DNA of 64,000 nucleotides from Escherichia coli (GTDB lineage Bacteria; Pseudomonadota; Gammaproteobacteria; Enterobacterales; Enterobacteriaceae): NCBI RefSeq assembly GCF_013315695.1, contig NZ_CP054353.1; one strand, 5' to 3'. Shown piece by piece: positions 58,501 to 64,000 of this stretch (position 1 is its first letter; each line of letters starts with the position of its first letter). The notes under the pieces were generated by a model. It saw only the letters and a program-made list of their open reading frames with translations, ran no database searches and was not told where the DNA came from. The position numbers and the translations under genes were made by a program.

Positions 58501-59955
58501 TTATCGGAACGGCGGCTCATTAAAGGTTCGTAATTTACGTGAATGCAGTCGGTCGCCTTCTGCGCGCAGCAAATCGATCGCCCGAATGCCAATTTGCAGG
58601 TGTTCGGAAATAGCGCCTTCATAAAAACGGTTAGCCTGGCCGGGAAGTTTAATCTCACCATGTAACGGTTTATCTGAAACACACAGTAGTGTCCCGTATG
58701 GCACGCGGAAACGATATCCTTGCGCAGCAATGGTTGCACTTTCCATATCAATTGCTACGGCCCGGCTTAAGTTAAAACGAAGTGCAGAAGCTGAGTAACG
58801 TAACTCCCAGTTCCTGTCATCTGTGGTTACCACCGTGCCAGTACGTAACCGCTGTTTGACTTCTTCACCAGGCCTGCCGCTGACTAACTTGGTAGCGTCA
58901 TAAAGCGCACGTTGCACTTCCGCAATGCTCGGAATAGGAATATCGGGCGGGAGAACTGCATCAAGAACGTGGTCATCGCGTAAATAAGCGTGTGCAAGGA
59001 CATAATCTCCAATGGCCTGGCTTTCACGTAATCCGCCACAGTGACCAATCATCAACCAGACATCCGGGCGTAGCACTGCCAGATGATCGCAGATGGTTTT
59101 AGCATTGGACGGTCCCACGCCAATATTCACCAGAGTAATACCCTGACCATCAGCGGTAATTAAATGCCATGCTGGCATCTGGTGTTTTTTCCATGCAAGG
59201 TCGGAAATGGCTTCTTCTGGCGCTTCGGTTTCGGCAGTGATCCAGTTCCCGCCAGCACAAGAAAGGGCAATGTAGGGACTATCAGGATCGAGGATCTGGC
59301 TGCATCCCCAACGAACGAATTCATCCACATAACGTGTGTAGTTGGTAAACAAGACGAACGGTTGAAAATGTTCTACTGGCGTACCGGTATAATGGCGCAA
59401 CCGTGCGAGGGAAAAATCAACCCGGCGAGCATCAAAATGCGATAACGGGGAGAATTCCGTTGGATGATAAATGCCGTCTGCAGTTTCATCGCCGATTTGC
59501 GCCAGTTCTGTTGTCGGGAAGTAGCGAGTTAAACCAGCGCTCATTGAGCGATCAAGTGTTAATTCAGAGCCATCGATGACATAAGGATAAGGGATTTCAT
59601 GCTGCGAGGGTTGCACAGAGATATGCGCACCATAATCCTGATACAGCAACGTAAGTTGTTCATTGAGATACGAACGAAAGAGAGTAGGGCGAGTAATCGT
59701 GGTGGTGTAACTGCCTGCGTGAGTAAAACGACCAAATGCGCGCGTTTTGGGGGGATTAGTTGTGCTACCGTCCCAGGTTACGGTCAGTGATGGATAGACA
59801 AAAAGACCTTGTTTGCGGGCGTTTTCATCAGGTAATTCGCCACTTGTAATATATTTGCCAATGGCGTTGCGTAAAGCAACTACAGATTGCTCATACAGCG
59901 CGTCGAGTTTATCCAGTGCCTGAGCTGGGGTCAGACCGGAGCCCTTATTATTCAT
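58501..59955 (-). CDS. amn: AMP nucleosidase
   Basis: ORF 58501..60111; ATG at 59955 gives MNNKGSGLTPAQALDKLDALYEQSVVALRNAIG (484 aa). Confidence 0.93.
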   Translation of the reverse strand: MNNKGSGLTPAQALDKLDALYEQSVVALRNAIGKYITSGELPDENARKQGLFVYPSLTVTWDGSTTNPPKTRAFGRFTHAGSYTTTITRPTLFRSYLNEQLTLLYQDYGAHISVQPSQHEIPYPYVIDGSELTLDRSMSAGLTRYFPTTELAQIGDETADGIYHPTEFSPLSHFDARRVDFSLARLRHYTGTPVEHFQPFVLFTNYTRYVDEFVRWGCSQILDPDSPYIALSCAGGNWITAETEAPEEAISDLAWKKHQMPAWHLITADGQGITLVNIGVGPSNAKTICDHLAVLRPDVWLMIGHCGGLRESQAIGDYVLAHAYLRDDHVLDAVLPPDIPIPSIAEVQRALYDATKLVSGRPGEEVKQRLRTGTVVTTDDRNWELRYSASALRFNLSRAVAIDMESATIAAQGYRFRVPYGTLLCVSDKPLHGEIKLPGQANRFYEGAISEHLQIGIRAIDLLRAEGDRLHSRKLRTFNEPPFR

Positions 59956-60056
59956 GTGTGTCTCCTGTTCCATACAATTACCGCACATCCGATAGTATGT
60001 CACAGGAATGTGAAACAAAAGTGTAAGGCGAAGATCGGATGATCTTCGCCAGGCTA

Positions 60057-61373
60057 TCAAGCGCGTTGATTGTCTTTCATCAACAAAGCGGTCATTGCGG
60101 AAATCAGGCATCCAGCCAGCAAATAAATAGCGACGCTATGCCAGTTCCCGGCAAAGTAAGTGATGAGTGCAGCGGCAATAAAAGGTGTAAATCCACCGCC
60201 AACCACACTGGCAACCTGATAACCGACGCCAGCACCACTGTAGCGATAACTGGCACCAAACATTTCGGTAAACATCGGTTGTTGCACACACACCACCATG
60301 TCATGCGCAATGTTTGCCAGCATTATGGAGAAGAAAACTATCCAGAAAATAGATTGTGCTTCAAGCGCCATAAAGAAAGGAAATGCGCTCAACGTTCCGA
60401 TCAACGCGCCTGTGATATAAACCCTGCGCCGACCAAAACGATCGGCAAGCCAGGCAAAACAGGGAATTGTCAGGCAGCTTAATCCACCTACCAGCAAACC
60501 AATATTAAGGAAAAGTTCGCGCGGTAACCCCATATTCTGGGTTGAATAATTAAGTGCAAAGGCAGTAACAATGTACATCGTCAGCAACTCGCACAGTCGT
60601 AGTGCAATAATCTTCAGGAAAGCACCGGGATGTCGTAACAGAGCTTCGATAACCGGGATGCGTTTTTTCGCGGCCGCTTGATTATGTTGCTGTTGTTCAA
60701 ATTCCGCGGACTCCTCCATGCCATTGCGCACCCACAATGCTCCCAGTACCAGTACGATGCTAAACAGGAAAGGAATGCGCCAGCCCCAGCTTAAAAACTG
60801 TTCGTCAGTCGTCATCATACTGATCAATGAAACCAGTCCGGTTGAAAGCAGTAAACCTACTCCGTAGCCAACTTGTACACCGCTACTGTAAAAGGCTTTT
60901 TTATTTTTCGGCGCACTTTCAACGGAAAGCAACGCTGCGCCTCCCCATTCGCCGCCGACGGCAAATCCCTGAATGGCACGCAGTGTCACCAGCAAAATAG
61001 GTGCCCACCACCCAATGGTCGAGAATGAAGGAAGAATACCAATCAAGGCTGTCGCGATGCCCATCATCCAGACGGTCAGCATTAACATGCGCTTACGTCC
61101 CAGCCGGTCACCAAAGTGACCGAAAATGACACCGCCGAGCGGTCGGAAAAGGAAGCCGACACCAAAGGTGGCAAATGCGGCGAGCGTTCCCATCGCCGGG
61201 CTTACTTGCGGGAAAAACTCGCGATTAAACACCAGTGCGGCGGTAATGCCATAGAGTAAAAAATCATACCAGTCGACGACGGCACCAGCGAAACTGCCTA
61301 ACGCAGCTTGTCGGGCGCGACTTAACGAAAGCGTCCCTTCATCGGGACGAGTGGAGATGAGCGTGGAGTCCAT
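60057..61373 (-). CDS. shiA: shikimate transporter (MFS)
   Basis: 438-aa 12-TM MFS ORF MDSTLISTRPDEGTLSLSRARQAALGSFAGAVVDWYDF.. Confidence 0.92.
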   Translation of the reverse strand: MDSTLISTRPDEGTLSLSRARQAALGSFAGAVVDWYDFLLYGITAALVFNREFFPQVSPAMGTLAAFATFGVGFLFRPLGGVIFGHFGDRLGRKRMLMLTVWMMGIATALIGILPSFSTIGWWAPILLVTLRAIQGFAVGGEWGGAALLSVESAPKNKKAFYSSGVQVGYGVGLLLSTGLVSLISMMTTDEQFLSWGWRIPFLFSIVLVLGALWVRNGMEESAEFEQQQHNQAAAKKRIPVIEALLRHPGAFLKIIALRLCELLTMYIVTAFALNYSTQNMGLPRELFLNIGLLVGGLSCLTIPCFAWLADRFGRRRVYITGALIGTLSAFPFFMALEAQSIFWIVFFSIMLANIAHDMVVCVQQPMFTEMFGASYRYSGAGVGYQVASVVGGGFTPFIAAALITYFAGNWHSVAIYLLAGCLISAMTALLMKDNQRA

Positions 61374-61624
61374 AATGATCCTGTTTGTACTGTCTTTTTA
61401 TAATTAGTATGGAAAAGGTAACTCACATTGCCGTCGATCTATAAACGAACCTTATGAGACTACCTCGACAGAGCGCATCTGCAAATGATTTTATGGCTGA
61501 TTAGCGGCAACATGAAAAATTCGATGGAAGATGAAAGCGCAGGAGTTGCTGGTGTTGTTTAAGGATTAAGCAGAGGGCCCACAGGTTCGAGATATGAAAC
61601 ATAAAAGTCCGCATATGCACAAAA

Positions 61625-62740
61625 TTGCAACCTGATGATTCTGATAGACTGCATTGCATTATAACCAGTAGGGAGGCGAGGTTAGTTATGTTTTTAGTAT
61701 CATTGTTGAGACGTATTGCATTTAGTTACTACGATTATAAAACTTATAATTTTAATATTGAAAAAACAGACTTTGTTGTCATACATATTCCCGATCAGAT
61801 TGGCGATGCTATGGCCATCTTTCCTGTTATTCGGGCGCTTGAATTGCATAAAATTAAGCATCTATTAATTGTTACGTCGACAATTAATTTAGAAGTCTTT
61901 AATGCGCTCAAACTTGAACAGACTAAATTAACATTAGTCACAATGACTATGCAGGATCACGCAACATTAAAAGAAATAAAAGATTTAGCGAAGAACATAA
62001 CACTGCAATATGGTACGCCGGATCTTTGTATAGAGGCGATGCGTAAAAAGAACCTGAAAACGATGATATTTATCAGTCAGTTGAAAGCAAAAACGAATTT
62101 CCAGGTCGTCGGTTTAACCATGAAGTGCTATTCCCCTTTGTGTAAGAACGCGTCCCGGATGGATCAGAATCTCCGGGCTCCTGTACCCATGACATGGGCA
62201 TTTATGATGCGTGAGGCGGGTTTTCCGGCAGTCAGGTCAATATATGAATTGCCATTAAGCGATGATGTACTCGATGAGGTACGCGAGGAAATGCGATCGT
62301 TAGGATCTTACATTGCGCTCAATTTAGAAGGTAGCTCGCAGGAACGTACATTTTCATTATCGATTGCAGAAAATCTAATAGCAAAAATTCAAAGTGAAAC
62401 AGATATTCCAATAGTGATCGTTTATGGACCCAAAGGGGAAGATAAAGCCAGGGCATTAGTGGATTGTTATAATAATGTCTACCGTTTATCCTTATCACCC
62501 TCGATTAAACGTTCAGCAGCAATCATAAAAGATGCTTATATTGCAATAACTCCTGACACCTCAATATTACATATGGCAAGTGCCTATAATACCCCTGTTG
62601 TTGCAATTTATGCTGATTACAAAACGCGATGGCCCGCAATGGCCGATGTTTCGGAGTCAGTCGTCGTTGGGCAAAAAATTGACAATATAAGTCTGGATGA
62701 ATTCGCAAAGGCATTAAAAAGTGTTTTGGCGAGAATTTGA
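61625..62740 (+). CDS. yeeL: glycosyltransferase family 9 (heptosyltransferase-like) protein YeeL, apparently intact; start may be the Met at 61688
   Basis: 371-aa uninterrupted ORF between shiA and yeeJ; GT9-like C-terminal region. Confidence 0.7.
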   Translation: MQPDDSDRLHCIITSREARLVMFLVSLLRRIAFSYYDYKTYNFNIEKTDFVVIHIPDQIGDAMAIFPVIRALELHKIKHLLIVTSTINLEVFNALKLEQTKLTLVTMTMQDHATLKEIKDLAKNITLQYGTPDLCIEAMRKKNLKTMIFISQLKAKTNFQVVGLTMKCYSPLCKNASRMDQNLRAPVPMTWAFMMREAGFPAVRSIYELPLSDDVLDEVREEMRSLGSYIALNLEGSSQERTFSLSIAENLIAKIQSETDIPIVIVYGPKGEDKARALVDCYNNVYRLSLSPSIKRSAAIIKDAYIAITPDTSILHMASAYNTPVVAIYADYKTRWPAMADVSESVVVGQKIDNISLDEFAKALKSVLARI

Positions 62741-62867
62741 GGCAGTACTTATGCATAGTAATGCCGATCTGTTATGAACGGTGGTGTCATCAATACTCTG
62801 AGGCTGGTCAATCATCACAGAAAACCAGCCTTTGGATCAAAGCAATACTCACCGAAAATGATCATAG

Positions 62868-63344
62868 TCACACCGAACGCGATTCAGGAGGAACTGTTTG
62901 GTAAATAGCACCACCGGATCTTGGGGGCGCTGTGATTATTACAGTATTGCTATCACCGTCATTTTTGAATGTCACTTTACCAGTAGCATCAACGCCTACC
63001 CAGGAGGCCGAGCTTGAAAACGAATAATCAGCCGCCGTTTTTCCTGGTGCAAAGTTGTCATTATTCAACTGATAATACGCCCCGGTAAATCCCTGCGAAG
63101 GGAATGAAGCTGTCGGTAGGTTTGCACTATTCACTGACACTGTACCCGTCATTGGTCTGGTTTCCGCGCTAATGAATTCTATCGTGGTACTCAGACCCGC
63201 CTGATGAACACCATTCAATACGGGGATCAGCGTTGCGATACCCTCTCCGCCTCCTGTAACAGTAGCTTTGTAATCACCGTTGATATTTTGACTGTAATCA
63301 ATTGCGCTAATTTTCATATAGGGCACGTTTGTACCTGATTGCAC
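62868..63344 (-). other. in-frame 158-codon ORF immediately downstream of the yeeJ stop, adhesin-like composition (possible severed yeeJ C-terminus)
   Basis: Same reading frame as yeeJ, separated only by TAA and four codons; GTG start. Confidence 0.35.
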
Positions 63345-63359
63345 AAATTCTATCCCTTA

Positions 63360-64000
63360 AGAAACTTTGATCGGATTGCCTGATATATCGTGCAGAACAA
63401 GATGTAGCTCAGCACTATCGGTAAAGTCCCCTTTCAGTGATGACTGGTTGTTCTTAAGGATGGACTGCGAGGCGTCTGCTGGGCCTGCCACTAGCGATAT
63501 ATCTACTGTTTGCATTCCACCTGCGCTTGTGACTGTGCTTACAGTGACGCTCCCCGTTATCGCTCCTTTCACGCTTGTTGTCGCGATTCCGTTTTGATCG
63601 GTCACCGCTGTTAATGACGTTAATGTGGTGGAGCCGCTTTTTAAGGCGAAGTACACAGTGAGACCTTCGATCAGGTTACCACAGCCATCCTCAACCGTTG
63701 CCTTTAAGGTACTTAAATCACTGTTGGTGGCGGTGATAGTCGACGGATCAGCGATAAAGCTAGCAACATGTGCGGTGCTTGGGTTGCCAGTAACCTTCAC
63801 GGTTGTCTGTGTCTGTATTGTGACGCCGTTATGGAACGATGCAGTCACCGTATATGTACCGACTTTATTGCTGGTCAGAACGACTGGAGCCTGACCTGAA
63901 GAGTTGGTTCTCACTTTTCCGCCACTTAACGTCGCACCTTCTAGCGTTACGCTAAAGTTGATGACCTGACCCTCCACTGGAGTGCCATTTGCAGAGGTTA
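63360..64000 (-). CDS. yeeJ: inverse-autotransporter adhesin YeeJ, C-terminal Big-domain region (gene continues beyond window)
   Basis: Ser/Thr/Gly/Val-rich bacterial Ig-like repeats (..TVKVTGNPSTAHVASF.., ..VTVSTVTSAGG..); ends at TAA 63357..63359. Confidence 0.75.

Overview
This window reads as an Escherichia coli chromosomal segment, in reverse orientation relative to K-12 numbering, and the most notable item is a mobile element carrying a ClbS-like gene inserted into the sbmC SOS operator. Gene identities below come from reading the translated ORFs and gene order against remembered E. coli K-12 proteins; no database search was run. Content in order: the distal colanic-acid genes (cpsG 3' end, wcaJ, wzxC, wcaK, wcaL, wcaM), galF, a JUMPStart/ops element, and an AT-rich O-antigen cluster (rmlBDAC, wzx, a UDP-GlcNAc 2-epimerase, wzy, three glycosyltransferases) whose gene content matches what I recall for serogroup O1, not the K-12 O16 cluster. 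Then gnd, ugd, wzzB, the complete his operon on the minus strand with hisL and its attenuator, yefM-yoeB, yeeZ, yeeY, plaP, yeeE, yeeD, sbcB, dacD, sbmC, yeeA, yeeX, a reduced and rearranged CP4-44-like prophage remnant (yeeW, cbtA, cbeA, yeeT, yeeS, an antirestriction gene, an intact IS911-like IS3-family element, an IS66 fragment), cobUST, ldtA, three tRNA-Asn genes interleaved with nac, cbl and yeeO, then yeeN, amn, shiA, yeeL and the 3' end of yeeJ. Main findings: (1) an 1885-bp ISL3-family element with imperfect terminal inverted repeats and an 8-bp ATATAAAA target duplication sits exactly in the spacer of the sbmC LexA box; it carries a 172-aa ClbS/DfsB-like (DUF1706) passenger gene and probably rewires the SOS-regulated sbmC promoter. 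(2) The cbeA antitoxin has a premature amber codon at codon 19 while the cbtA toxin is intact. (3) Degraded coding fragments between yeeX and cobU may be relics of the lost pdu/cbi locus. No CRISPR array and no obvious complete defence operon were seen.
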